From the NCBI GenBank assembly GCA_965226555.1, contig CBDDDG010000014.1:128001-192000 (forward strand): DNA of 64,000 nucleotides. The letters are read 5' to 3'. Positions within the stretch are counted from its first letter, which is position 1, and each line of letters begins with the position of its first letter. This document shows, piece by piece, positions 39,619 through 50,718 of the stretch. Under the pieces are notes generated by a model. That model had not been told where the DNA came from. It saw nothing but the letters and a program-made list of their open reading frames with translations, and did no database searches. The stretch comes from Salinispira sp. GTDB taxonomy: Bacteria; Spirochaetota; Spirochaetia; DSM-27196; Salinispiraceae. The position numbers were made by a program, and so were the translations under genes.

Positions 39619-42600
39619 ATGAATATCAAATTATGTAAGGGAAGCCTTGTCATATTCTGTACAATTTTCATTGCAGTGCTTGCCGGATGTCCAATACCGG
39701 TAGTAGATGATATCACCCCCCCCCCCGACCGAACCGGGTGAAATAATTGTTCTAACCCTTGAAACGGGGAATGGGCAAATCAGTGCTACATGGGTTGCGC
39801 CGGAAGATAACGGCGGTAGCGAAGTTACCGGGTATCACCTTCGCCATAGCGCGGACGGCGGTACCAACTGGGCAAGATATATTAATGTCGCCGCGCCAAC
39901 CACAAACCACACCATTACAGAACTAACAAACGGCGCCGAGTACATAATACAGGTACGTGCCGTGAACGCGCAGGGCAATGGCGCATGGTCAGGAAGCGCC
40001 GCCGCAACCCCCGTTGCCGTTCCCATGGCGCCGACTGCGTTTATGCTTGAAGCGGAAAATATGCAAATTACCGCGACATGGGCTGCGCCGGACGATGACG
40101 GCGGCAGCGAAATTACCGGGTATAAGTTACAATATCGCGAAGTTACCGACCCGGAAGGAAGCTGGCTGGATGTAACTACCGATTCTCCTATTACTACTAC
40201 AAGCCACACCATCACAGAACTAACAAACGGCACCGAGTACGAAGTACAGGTGCGCGCTGTGAACGCGCAGGGCAACGGTAACCCATCGGAAATTCTCACA
40301 GCAATTCCGGTTACCATACCTTCCGCGCCGGATGCTCCAACACTCACCCACGGAAACACCAAGCTTACCGCGACATGGGCTGCGCCGGACGACGACGGCG
40401 GCAGCGAAATTATTCGGTATGAACTGCAATATCGCGAAGTTACCGACCCGGAAGGAATTTGGCTGAATGTAACTACCGATTCCGAAATTACTACTACAAG
40501 CCACACCATAACTGAACTGACAAACGGCACCGAGTACGAAGTACAGGTGCGCGCTGTGAACGCGCAGGGCAATAGCGAATGGTCTGGGAGCGCCACTGAA
40601 ACCCCCGACATTACTCCCAACGCCCCGGCAGTGCCAACACTCACCGTTGGAAACACCCAACTCACCGCGACATGGAGTGCTCCGACCGACACTGGAGGCA
40701 GCGCCATTACTCGCTATGAGTTGCAGTATCGCAAAGGAAGCAGTGGAGCATGGACGCTTATTAGCTCCGGCATCGGCACACGCACAAACCATACCATTAC
40801 CGGTCTGACAAACGGCGACAGCTACGAAGTGCAGGTACGTGCCGTGAACGCGCAGGGCACTAGCCCGTGGTCGTCCTCTGCCTCCGCAACCCCCGCAACC
40901 GTTCCTGTTGCACCCGCCGATCCTACGCTCACAGAAGGAAACGCTCAGCTCAGCGCGGCATGGAGCGCGCCGAACAACGGCGGCAGCGCCATTACCCGGT
41001 ATGAGTTGCAGTATCGCAAAGGAAGCAGTGGAGCATGGACGCTTATTAGCTCCGGCATCGGCACACGCACAAACCATACCATTACCGGACTGACAAACGG
41101 CGACAGCTACGAAGTACGGGTGCGCGCCGTGAACACTCGAGGCGATGGCGCATGGTCGGGGAGCAGCATCGCAACCCCAGTTGCCGTTCCCAACACTCCG
41201 ACAGCTCTCACGCTTACCGTTGGAAACACCCAGCTTGGCGTAGCATGGAGCGCTCCGACCGACACTGGAGGCAGCCCCATTACTCGCTATAAGTTGCAGT
41301 ATCGCAAAGGAAGCAGTGGAGCATGGACGCCTATTACCTCCGACATCGGCAGCACACGCACAAACCATACCATTGCCGGCCTGACAAACGGCGACAGCTA
41401 CGAAGTGCAGGTACGTGCCGAGAACGCGCAGGGCACTAGCCCGTGGTCGTCCTCTGCCTCCGCAACCCCCGCAACCGTTCCTGTTGCACCCGCCGATCCT
41501 ACGCTTACCGTTGGAAACACCCAGCTCAGCGCGGCATGGAGCGCGCCGAACAACGGCGGCAGCGCCATTACCCGGTATGAGTTGCAGTATCGCAAAGGAA
41601 GCAGTGGAGCATGGACGCTTATTAGCTCCGGCATTGGCACAAGCCACACCATTACCGGACTGACAAACGGCGACAGCTACGAAGTACGGGTGCGCGCCGT
41701 GAACGCGCAGGGCGATGGCGCATGGTCGGGGAGCAGCACCGCAACCCCCGACATTGCTCCCAACGCGCCGACAGCTCCCACGCTCACAGCCGGAAACACC
41801 CATATCACAGCGACATGGAGCGCGCCGACCGACAATGGTGGAAGCGCCATTACTCGGTACGAGTTGCAATATCGTACAGGCGGCGGAGCATGGACGTTTA
41901 TCACCTCCGGCATTGGCACAAATACAAGCCATACCATTACCGGACTGACAAACGGCGACAGCTACGAAGTACGGGTGCGCGCCGTGAACGCGCAGGGCAA
42001 TAGCCCGTGGTCATCCTCTGCCGCCGCAACCCCAGCTACCGTTCCCGATGCGCCAACTGCTCTGGCATTTCAGGATGGGGACGAGTTCATTAATTTGACA
42101 GCGACTGCGCGCGGTTCCAATGGCGGTAGCGTCATTACCGGGTTTGAGTTGCAATATCGAGATACTGATAATGACGAATGGATTCTTGTTACTGATATTT
42201 CAGCCCAAACATCGAGTTCCGGCAATATCTATGGATATTATAGAATTACCGGACTCACGAACGGCAGGAGCTACTCTGTACGGGCGCGCGTCGTGAATGC
42301 GGTGGGCAAGAGCGGATGGTCTCATTCGATCACGGCAAACCCCCTCGGCCCTCCCGGGGCTCCAGAAAATGTAATGCTTGCTGTGGGAGATGGTCAGCTT
42401 GCCGTGTCATGGAGCGCGCCGACCGATACTGGCGGCATCGACATTACCAAATACTATTTGCGATATAAGAAAAATGGCGCTTTGAGTTGGACATATGATA
42501 GTGATGACATCGGCGCAAGCACAAGCCACACCATTACCGGACTGACAAACGGCGACACCTATTCTGTACAGGTGCAGGCTGTGAACTCCAACAGTCCGGT

Positions 42601-44245
42601 TCCGGGTCCATGGTCAGAAATTGCCTCAGCAAGTCCCGCTACCGTCCCAGACGCGCCCACCGATCTAACGCTTACAGAGGGGAACACTCGGTTCAGCGTG
42701 GCATGGAGCGCTCCGACCGACAATGGTGGAAGCGCCATTACTCGGTACGAGTTGCAATATCGTACAGGCGGCGGAGCATGGACGCTTATCACCTCCGGCA
42801 TTGGCACAAATACAAGCCACATTATTATGGGTCTGACAAACGGCAACACCTACGAAGTACAGGTGCGTGCCGTGAACGCGCAGGGCGATGGTGCATGGTC
42901 GGCATCCACAACAGCAATGCTGACAGTGCCGGTTTTTGCGAAACAGGTTCCCGCTGGGACGGCAGTGTCCGCAATTCTTTCGGCTGATATTGATACCCTT
43001 ATTGCCAATCAGAATCCAACCGTTTCTTTGACCACGGTAGAACAGGGCACTCTTGCGGTTAGTGGATCGGACATTACAGTCACCCCCGCAACTACTCCCA
43101 ATGGGATCACCATTCCGACAGTTAATGCGAGTGGAATTATTACGGTTACTGCAAGTACAACGGCTGGAACATATGTGGTATATGGTGAAACAGAAACAAA
43201 CGACATACTGTTTGCCGAATATTTCTCTGTTATCGTGAGTCCTGCTGATGGCGATGGCAGCGCGGGCGTTGCTAATACCGATGGCGGTAACGATGAACTG
43301 AAAACAGCGGTAAATACAGGGATATCAACCTGGGGACAAACTGCTAATCTCAACTACATTATTACCACAGCAGTAACGGATATGTCCGAGGTGTTTAAGG
43401 ATGCAAGCGCATTTAACGGCGATATCTCCGACTGGGATACTAGTGCGGTAACGACTATATATGGAATATTTGAGGATGCAAGATCATTCAATGGCGATAT
43501 CTCCGACTGGAATGTCAGTACTGTAACGTCTATGGACAGTATGTTCGATAACGCAAGATCATTCAATGGTGATATCTCCGCCTGGGATGTCAGTTCAGTT
43601 ACGAGTATGAACTCTATGTTCAATCAAGCACGCAAATTCAATGGCGATATCTCCGACTGGAATGTCAGTTCAGTTACGAGTATGAGCTCTATGTTCGATA
43701 ACGCAAGATTATTTAATGGTGATATCTCCGCCTGGAATGTCAGTTCAGTTACGAGTATGAGCTCTATGTTCAATCAAGCACGCAAATTCAATGGCGATAT
43801 CTCCGCCTGGGATGTCAGTTCGGTAAAGTGGATTGATTATATGTTCAGTTACGCAAGTGTATTCAATGCCGATATCTCCAACTGGGATATCAGTAGTGTA
43901 TTCTGGATGCCCAGTATGTTCAGTTACGCAAGCGCATTCAATGCCGATATTTCCGGTTGGGATGTCAGTTCGGTAACGAGTATGAGCTCTATGTTCAGGA
44001 ACGCAAGTGTATTTAATGCCGATATCTCCGACTGGGATGTCAGCTCGGTAGAACAGATGAGCTCTATGTTCAATAGCGCAACTGCCTTCAGCCGTAATAT
44101 TGAGGAGTGGAAGGATCATTGGACACTCAGCGGTGGCAAATATACCGGAACGACAACCCAGATGTTTGTGGATTCCGGTTTGGATGCGAATCCAGTTCTT
44201 TATGATGATAGTGGGAATCAACCGAATTATCCATCATGGTATTAG
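39619..44245 (+). CDS. Large surface lipoprotein, 11 Fn3 domains + DUF285 repeats; signal peptide out of frame at C11 tract
   Basis: GAGGAG RBS, ATG 39619, LAGC lipobox; C11 at 39716-39726 shifts frame; main ORF 39707-44245. Confidence 0.9.
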
Positions 44246-44291
44246 TTTTACAGGATTGCAGTGATTAGTGAATCGTTTGTAATTCAACTCC

Positions 44292-44320
44292 GGCAGGCGC
44301 GGAACAATCCGAGCCTGCCG
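44292..44320 (+). terminator. GC hairpin after DUF285 gene (also 59393-59428 with T tail)
   Basis: ggcaggcgcgga-acaa-tccgagcctgcc. Confidence 0.6.
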
Positions 44321-44371
44321 ACTATTTCATTTTGGTATTGACAGGCATTTTCTGAATATGTTATGTATATT

Positions 44372-45366
44372 AGCCCGTGTGAGGGTTTTAACCGCATAAA
44401 TGTCTAAATTCTAACCATGAATTGCAATGCTTTTTACACAAATACACTGCCATAGTGTGAGCGAGGAGTTTTCTCCATAATCGGGATGTGAAATGCCATA
44501 TATCCCGCGCCCGTATTTTTTGAATATGAAATCGTTCTGATAACTGGCTGATAACCGTTTCAATTATTCTTCGGGTATTCATCATCCAGCTCATCTGCTC
44601 AGGGCTGTGTATCTGTTTCATATTTTTTCTCACGGGTGTTTCAAGTGCGATATTGTGTTCCGCAAAGAACGGCGCTTTGCCAATGTATCCCTTATCGCCT
44701 AAAAGTATTCCCTGCATACTGTTACAGAAATCTTCCGCCGCTTCTCTCTCATCGACATTCGCAGGGGTAAGAGTATAGTCGATAATCAGCCCATCGGCGG
44801 TTATCAGAATATGTCCCTTAAACCCATAATAATGCATGTTTTTTGCCGCGCAAAATCCATACGATGCCTGACCTTTGAATAGTCTGCAACGATTCGCTCT
44901 GCGGAAATTACACAGGGGCAGAGGAAATCCGTCAACGCAATAGACCGGAGCACTCTGTGAGATCAATGTTTGCGTGATGTATTTGTGAAGTTCCTGTTTA
45001 ATCCCCCAGAGATGCGCTGATTGACGGACATAGGCCGTCCGATGTCCAATATGTGGAAAGAGAGTTCTCCAATGCTCGACAAAATACCGATGAATACCTT
45101 TGTCGGTATCAATACCGAAAAACTCACCAACAATTCCCATGGTTAACACCTCATCATCGCCAAGTTTTGGTTTCGGCCCGCGTGATCGCAACCGTTCCAT
45201 ACTATTTTTATTCATTTTCATCCAATCACTTATCATACAGAATATTTCTATGATAAAATCCTCTCTGAGCACCTTTCCCTCCCGTTTGGTGTAAGGTTTT
45301 TTTAATACTTTACGGGAAGGGGTGCTCTTTTTTCAAGCCACTACACAAAAAACCCTCACACGGGCT
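44372..45366 (-). mobile_element. IS982-family insertion sequence, second copy, 995 bp
   Basis: Same IRs; TSD TATATT; a few SNPs versus first copy. Confidence 0.95.
44388..45272 (-). CDS. IS982-family DDE transposase
   Basis: 4 aa differences from 37418-38302. Confidence 0.93.
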   Translation of the reverse strand: MLREDFIIEIFCMISDWMKMNKNSMERLRSRGPKPKLGDDEVLTMGIVGEFFGIDTDKGIHRYFVEHWRTLFPHIGHRTAYVRQSAHLWGIKQELHKYITQTLISQSAPVYCVDGFPLPLCNFRRANRCRLFKGQASYGFCAAKNMHYYGFKGHILITADGLIIDYTLTPANVDEREAAEDFCNSMQGILLGDKGYIGKAPFFAEHNIALETPVRKNMKQIHSPEQMSWMMNTRRIIETVISQLSERFHIQKIRARDIWHFTSRLWRKLLAHTMAVYLCKKHCNSWLEFRHLCG

Positions 45367-45435
45367 TATATTGTAAAGAAATTCTGAGCCTGTTGCCGTG
45401 CAGCAATCTCTCATAAAAACATATGGAGGAAATTT

Positions 45436-46929
45436 ATGTGTAAGAAGATATTGATAATATTATTGTTGACTATTCTCATATTAAGTGGGTGTATGAAGCA
45501 GCTTGGTCTTGGTGGTGAATGCACTGTTGATTCTGACTGCGCCAGTAATATTTGTGGATATACTAATGATGGGACGCTGAATCGAGTGTGTTTAAGCGGG
45601 GCTCCGGGTAGCTATTGTTCAAGTGATTCCAGTTGCGCCGATGGAATAGAATGTAGAGGTCAAGTATGCGGAGGGAGATCAGAAGGGAGCGTATGCTCTG
45701 AAAATGATCAATGTACATCAGGATTACATTGTTATAATTCCGCCTGCAGAGCCGATCAACCAACCGGTGGCGTATGTTCTGACAATAGCCAATGCGCTTC
45801 CGGCCTGCATTGTTACAACAATGCCTGTAGAGCCAATCAACCAGCCGGTGGGCTGTGTTCTGATGATTCCAATTGCGCCGATGGAAGAGAATGTATAGCT
45901 GAGGCATGCGGAGGGAGATCAGAAGGGAGCGTATGCTCTGAAAATGATCAATGTACATCAGGATTACATTGTTATAATGCTACCTGCAGAACCGTTCAAC
46001 CAGTCGGTGGTGTGTGTTCCGACAATAACCACTGCGCTTCTGGCCTGCATTGTTACAACAATGCCTGTAGAGCCAATCAACCAGCCGGTGGAGTGTGTTC
46101 TAACGATTCCAATTGCGCCGATGGAAGAGAATGTATAGCTAATGCATGTGGAGGGAGATTAGAAGGGAGCGTATGCTCTGAAAATGATCAATGTACATCA
46201 GGATTACATTGTTATAATGCTGCCTGCAGAACCGCTCAACCAACCGGTGGGGTGTGTTCCGACAATAGCCACTGCGCTTCCGGCCTGCATTGTTACAACA
46301 ATGCCTGTAGAGCCAATCAACCAGCCGGTGGGCTGTGTTCTAACGATTCCAATTGCGCCGATGGAAGAAAATGTATAGCTGATGCATGCGGAGGGAGATT
46401 AGAAGGGAGCGCGTGCTCTGAAAATGATCAATGTACATCAGGATTACATTGTTATAATGCTGCCTGCAGAACCGCTCAACCAACCGGTGGGCTGTGTTCC
46501 GACAATAACCACTGCGCTTCCGGCCTGCATTGTTATAATGCTGCCTGCAGAACCGATCAAGCAGCTGGCGGAGCATGTTCCGACAATAGCCACTGCGCTT
46601 CCGGCCTGCATTGTTACAACAATACCTGCAGAACCGATCAATCAGTCGGTGGGGCGTGTTCTGACAATAACCATTGTGTTGGGGAGCTCCTCTGTTATGA
46701 GGGCGCATGTCGGGATGGATATCCAAATGGACACAGATGCGCAAGTAACAGTGAATGCGAAAGTGATTTCTGCGATAATCATGATTTTAGAGCTCTTGCT
46801 AGTTCGAAAACCAATACTTGTAAGGATCGAAGCGGTTCTGGAGCGTCCTGCTATTCAAACGATATGTGTCAAAACGGCAATTGCTACTGCCCTTTTATTT
46901 GCATTACTGAAGGCTGGAAATGCAATTAA
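45436..46929 (+). CDS. Cysteine-rich repeat lipoprotein
   Basis: GGAGG RBS; LSGC lipobox; C-x5-C-x5-C-x4-C units of 26-27 aa in 80-aa super-repeats. Confidence 0.9.
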   Translation: MCKKILIILLLTILILSGCMKQLGLGGECTVDSDCASNICGYTNDGTLNRVCLSGAPGSYCSSDSSCADGIECRGQVCGGRSEGSVCSENDQCTSGLHCYNSACRADQPTGGVCSDNSQCASGLHCYNNACRANQPAGGLCSDDSNCADGRECIAEACGGRSEGSVCSENDQCTSGLHCYNATCRTVQPVGGVCSDNNHCASGLHCYNNACRANQPAGGVCSNDSNCADGRECIANACGGRLEGSVCSENDQCTSGLHCYNAACRTAQPTGGVCSDNSHCASGLHCYNNACRANQPAGGLCSNDSNCADGRKCIADACGGRLEGSACSENDQCTSGLHCYNAACRTAQPTGGLCSDNNHCASGLHCYNAACRTDQAAGGACSDNSHCASGLHCYNNTCRTDQSVGGACSDNNHCVGELLCYEGACRDGYPNGHRCASNSECESDFCDNHDFRALASSKTNTCKDRSGSGASCYSNDMCQNGNCYCPFICITEGWKCN

Positions 46930-46936
46930 CTGTTTT

Positions 46937-47031
46937 GAAATTTTACAGAATACAAAAATTTCTATAAAATAAGAAAATGCTAAGTATAAAGAAAGCATTC
47001 CAAATCTGAGACTGTTGCAGCGCAACAATCT
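46937..47031. repeat. Degenerate hairpin element plus gagactgttgc/gcaacaatctc hairpin; repeated at 48319-48413
   Basis: aaatttctataaaataagaaaatgctaag..aaagaaagcattccaaat. Confidence 0.75.
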
Positions 47032-47057
47032 CTCATAAAAACGAATGGAGGAAATTC

Positions 47058-48311
47058 ATGTGTAAGAAGGTATTGATAATATTACTGTTGACTATTCTCA
47101 TATTAAGTGGGTGTATGAAGCAGCTTGGTCTTGGTGATGAATGCACTGTTGATTCTGACTGTGCCAGTAATATTTGTGGATATACTAATGATGGGACGCT
47201 GAATCGAGTGTGTTTAAGCGGGGCTCCGGGCAGCTATTGTTCAAGTGATTCCAGTTGCGCCGATGGAATAGAATGTAGAGGTCAAGTATGCGGAGGGAGA
47301 TCAGAAGGGAGCGCATGCTCTGAAAATGATCAATGTACATCAGGATTACATTGTTATAATGCCGCCTGCAGAACCGTTCAACCAGCCGGTGGGCTGTGTT
47401 CCGACAATAGCCAATGCGCTTCCGGCCTGCATTGTTACAACAATGCCTGTAGAGCCAATCAACCAGCCGGTGGGCTGTGTTCTGATGATTCCAATTGCGC
47501 CGATGGAAGAGAATGTAGAGGTCAGGTATGCGGAGGGAGATCAGAAGGGAGCGCGTGCTCTGAAAATGATCAATGTACATCAGGATTACATTGTTATAAT
47601 GCTGCCTGCAGAGCCGCTCAACCAACCGGTGGCGTATGTTCTGACAATAGCCACTGTGCTTCCGGCCTGCATTGTTACAATGCTGCCTGTAGAGCCAATC
47701 AACCAGCCGGTGGGCTGTGTTCTAACGATTCCAATTGCGCCGATGGAAGAGAATGTATAGCTGATGCATGTGGCGGGAGATTAGAAGGAAGCGTATGCTC
47801 TGTAAATGATCAATGTACATCAGGATTACATTGTTATAATGCTGCCTGCAGAACCGATCAACCAACCGGTGGCGTATGTTCTGACAATAGCCACTGCGCT
47901 TCCGGCCTGCATTGTTACAATGCTGCCTGTAGAGTTACTCAAGCAGCTGGCGGAGCATGTTCCGACAATAGCCACTGCGCTTCCGGCCTGCATTGTTACA
48001 ACAATACCTGCAGAACCGATCAATCAGTCGGCGGGGCGTGTTCTGACAATAGCCATTGTCTTGGGGAGCTCGTCTGTTATGAGGGCGCATGTCGGGACGG
48101 ATATCCAAATGGACACAGTTGCACGCGTAACAATGAATGCGAAAGTGATTTCTGCGATAATTCGGATTTTATAGCTTTTGCTAGTCCGTATACCAATAGA
48201 TGTCAGGAGCGAAAAGGTTATAGACAGGCCTGCCATTCAAACGATATGTGTCAAAGCGGCAATTGCGACTGCTTCTCTATTTGCATTACTGAAGGCTGGA
48301 AATGCAATTAA
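47058..48311 (+). CDS. Cysteine-rich repeat lipoprotein paralog (one super-repeat shorter)
   Basis: 417 vs 497 aa; near-identical N-terminus, divergent C-terminal cap. Confidence 0.9.
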   Translation: MCKKVLIILLLTILILSGCMKQLGLGDECTVDSDCASNICGYTNDGTLNRVCLSGAPGSYCSSDSSCADGIECRGQVCGGRSEGSACSENDQCTSGLHCYNAACRTVQPAGGLCSDNSQCASGLHCYNNACRANQPAGGLCSDDSNCADGRECRGQVCGGRSEGSACSENDQCTSGLHCYNAACRAAQPTGGVCSDNSHCASGLHCYNAACRANQPAGGLCSNDSNCADGRECIADACGGRLEGSVCSVNDQCTSGLHCYNAACRTDQPTGGVCSDNSHCASGLHCYNAACRVTQAAGGACSDNSHCASGLHCYNNTCRTDQSVGGACSDNSHCLGELVCYEGACRDGYPNGHSCTRNNECESDFCDNSDFIAFASPYTNRCQERKGYRQACHSNDMCQSGNCDCFSICITEGWKCN

Positions 48312-48443
48312 CTGTTTTGAAATTTTACAGAATACAAAAATTTCTATAAAATAAGAAAATGCTAAGCATAAAGAAAGCATTCCAAATCTAAGACTGTTGC
48401 AGCGCAGCAATCTTAGTAATACAATAATGAGAGGATTCTTAAC

Positions 48444-49289
48444 ATGAATACATCAAAAAAAAGCCCCGGGAAAGCAATCCCTGCGGGCATTATTATTCTA
48501 CTTTGTCTGAGTGCTGCAGTACTTGCTATTAATCTGATATTTTCCGTGTCAACGAATGTCAGAGTTAACAGGCTGCATCAATTTTACAATGCCTTTTCGG
48601 CCGATTACCGATCGCTGGGCGGCAGTGGCGGCGGCAGTGGCGGCGGCAGCGGGAATCAGGCGGTTCCGGGAGTCGGAGAACCGACCCCCGACAGTGCGGG
48701 CGGCTCCGAGGCCATTACCTGCGCGAATGGCGATATTGACATTGCCTCCGATCCGTCAGTTGGCAGCCCCGATGCGCCGGTCGTTATTGTGGAGTATTCC
48801 GATTTCGAGTGTCCGTTCTGCGCGCGTTTTGTGACCGGAGTGTATCCGCAGATAAAGAGCGCCTACATCGATTCAGGTCAGGCGCGGCTCATTTTCAAGG
48901 ATTTCCCGCTTGATCGCTCTCACCCTCTTGCCATACCGGCCGCGGTGGCGGCAAACTGTGTTGCGCGGGAGCTGGGAGATGAGGCTTTCTTCGCCTACCA
49001 CGACCGGCTGTTCTTTCAGCAGACTGCGTTGTCGGAACAGAACATTATGGACTGGGCAAAGGAAGCGGGGCTGTCAGACGCGCAGATTAAGGCCTGTACT
49101 GCCGATTCATCTATGGTCGATGAGATTCTTGCCGACCGAAGCGAGGGAAGTAGTCTCGGTATTTCGGGCACGCCCAGCTTTGTCATTAACGGAGAAATTG
49201 TTGTCGGCGCTCAGCCATTTTCTGTTTTTAAGCAGAGCATCGACAGGGCGCTGGAACGGGCGGAAGCCGGTCTCAGTTGCGGGGAGTAA
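48444..49289 (+). CDS. Membrane-anchored DsbA-family thiol-disulfide oxidoreductase
   Basis: EYSDFECPFC, FKDFPL, GISGTPSF. Confidence 0.93.
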   Translation: MNTSKKSPGKAIPAGIIILLCLSAAVLAINLIFSVSTNVRVNRLHQFYNAFSADYRSLGGSGGGSGGGSGNQAVPGVGEPTPDSAGGSEAITCANGDIDIASDPSVGSPDAPVVIVEYSDFECPFCARFVTGVYPQIKSAYIDSGQARLIFKDFPLDRSHPLAIPAAVAANCVARELGDEAFFAYHDRLFFQQTALSEQNIMDWAKEAGLSDAQIKACTADSSMVDEILADRSEGSSLGISGTPSFVINGEIVVGAQPFSVFKQSIDRALERAEAGLSCGE

Positions 49290-49349
49290 ATTCGCGCGAG
49301 CATGACATGAGAAATTTGCGTTTGTTTGTAAAATTTTTCTAAAAAGTGT

Positions 49350-49378
49350 TTGACAAAAAAGACGCTATGCTATATTGT
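49350..49378 (+). promoter_or_regulatory. Sigma70 promoter of flaA
   Basis: TTGACA-17 bp-TATTGT. Confidence 0.65.
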
Positions 49379-49426
49379 TCATAGTACGATATAACATTTG
49401 TAATCTATGTCGTATATTAAAGGAGT

Positions 49427-50464
49427 ATGCAAATGAAAAAGTTTCTGGCTTTTATCTTCATTGCTTTAATCGCAAGCACGTCTGTGTTTGCCGAAGAATC
49501 AAAACTCATTGATTTTAATACAATCAACGGAGCCAACACTGAAATTGATATTTCTTCCGATACGCAAAGCGCTCAGCTTATCGCATCGTTAAATATTGAT
49601 GACTGGCGGATTAAATTGAATTCATCCGCGAACAGCGTGATCAATCAATCGGTTTCGACCGTCAAAACATCTACTGTTGATGGCGGTATGTTCGCAGGTG
49701 CATCGGTTCTTGGCGCCCGTATACATTTTCCGGTTGCGCCCGTCAATTCATGGGGGTTGATAAAGCCTCCATTTGAAATTCCGGCCTACTATGGAGCTGA
49801 CGGTTCACAATTTATGAACAATGGTGTCGTAATGAATGTGGGAACCATTAAGGAAATTCGAACCTATGTCTATGGGCTCAACTATCCGCATAGTATTAGT
49901 GTCATCCTTGAGGATCACACAAACAAGGAAAAGGAGTATTTTCTTGGCAGTCTTGAGTTTGATGGCTGGCGTCAACTCACATGGCAAAATCCTGCCTACA
50001 TTGAAGACGTAAGGAATCGGGAACTTTCGAAAACTCCGCTGTATCCGCATCTCGCCCCCTATGCCAAACTCATAGGGTTCAGGATATACCGCGATGGAAC
50101 CCATGTCGGAGGTGACTTCATTACCTATATTAAGGATGTTGACATTATCTACGATCAGGCACTTCTTGAAATTCAGCGGGATATTGATGACGAAACTATC
50201 TGGGGTATTATTGAAACCCGTGGAGATGTGCGGACTGCTGCCCAAAATTATCGGATCGGAGAGAGGTTACGTCTTGAATCTCAGGAAAGAGAAAAACAAG
50301 ATACTTCTCAACAGGATGCTGCTGTTCAACAGGATGCTGCTGTTCAACAGGATGCTGCTGTTCAACAAGATGCTGCTGTTCAACAAGATGCTGCTCAGCA
50401 GGATGCTCCTGTTCAACAAGATGCTGTTCAGCAGGATGCTGCTCAGCAAGATACTACTCAATAG
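49427..50464 (+). CDS. flaA: Flagellar filament outer-layer (sheath) protein FlaA with repeat tail
   Basis: LIDF, LNSSA, VLGARIHFP, IKPPFEIPAY, NVGTIK, FDGWRQLTWQNPAYI, RDIDDETIWGI. Confidence 0.93.
   Translation: MQMKKFLAFIFIALIASTSVFAEESKLIDFNTINGANTEIDISSDTQSAQLIASLNIDDWRIKLNSSANSVINQSVSTVKTSTVDGGMFAGASVLGARIHFPVAPVNSWGLIKPPFEIPAYYGADGSQFMNNGVVMNVGTIKEIRTYVYGLNYPHSISVILEDHTNKEKEYFLGSLEFDGWRQLTWQNPAYIEDVRNRELSKTPLYPHLAPYAKLIGFRIYRDGTHVGGDFITYIKDVDIIYDQALLEIQRDIDDETIWGIIETRGDVRTAAQNYRIGERLRLESQEREKQDTSQQDAAVQQDAAVQQDAAVQQDAAVQQDAAQQDAPVQQDAVQQDAAQQDTTQ
50309..50461 (+). repeat. 15-18-bp tandem repeat encoding (QQDAAV)n
   Basis: caacaggatgctgctgtt units. Confidence 0.92.
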
Positions 50465-50522
50465 TAGGGTGTACCGATAGGTACAGAGCGTTCATCATTG
50501 TGTTGATAATGAAATGTTGATG

Positions 50523-50553
50523 AAAAAAGCGGCAGGATTTTCTGCCGCTTTTT
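50523..50553. terminator. Intrinsic terminator after flaA
   Basis: aaaaaagcggcag-gattt-tctgccgcttttt. Confidence 0.85.
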
Positions 50554-50605
50554 CTATGTGGCGCTTTTTCGCATATAGGCGCAAGCAAAAGCGCAAAAAA
50601 AAATA

Positions 50606-50679
50606 GGGCGGTTAGCTCAGTTGGTTAGAGCACCAGCTCGACACGCTGGGGGTCGCTGGTTCGAGTCCTGCACCGCCCA
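50606..50679 (+). tRNA. tRNA-Val(GAC), CCA not encoded
   Basis: Cloverleaf: GGGCGGT/ACCGCCC, GCTC/GAGC, CCAGC-TCGACAC-GCTGG, TTCGAGT loop. Confidence 0.92.
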
Positions 50680-50683
50680 AGGA

Positions 50684-50718
50684 AATTAAGGCCTGCATAA
50701 TACATGCAGGCCTTAATT
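50684..50718. terminator. Hairpin between tRNA and ilvN
   Basis: aattaaggcctgcat-aatac-atgcaggccttaatt perfect 15-bp stem. Confidence 0.75.

Noticed and set aside
40220..41932. 570-aa antisense ORF (also 39835-40707, 61808-62875, 54900-55610)
   Set aside because: Shadow frames of well-supported genes.
45563..48236. Repeated MINVHQDY... ORFs
   Set aside because: Alternative frames of the Cys-rich repeat genes.
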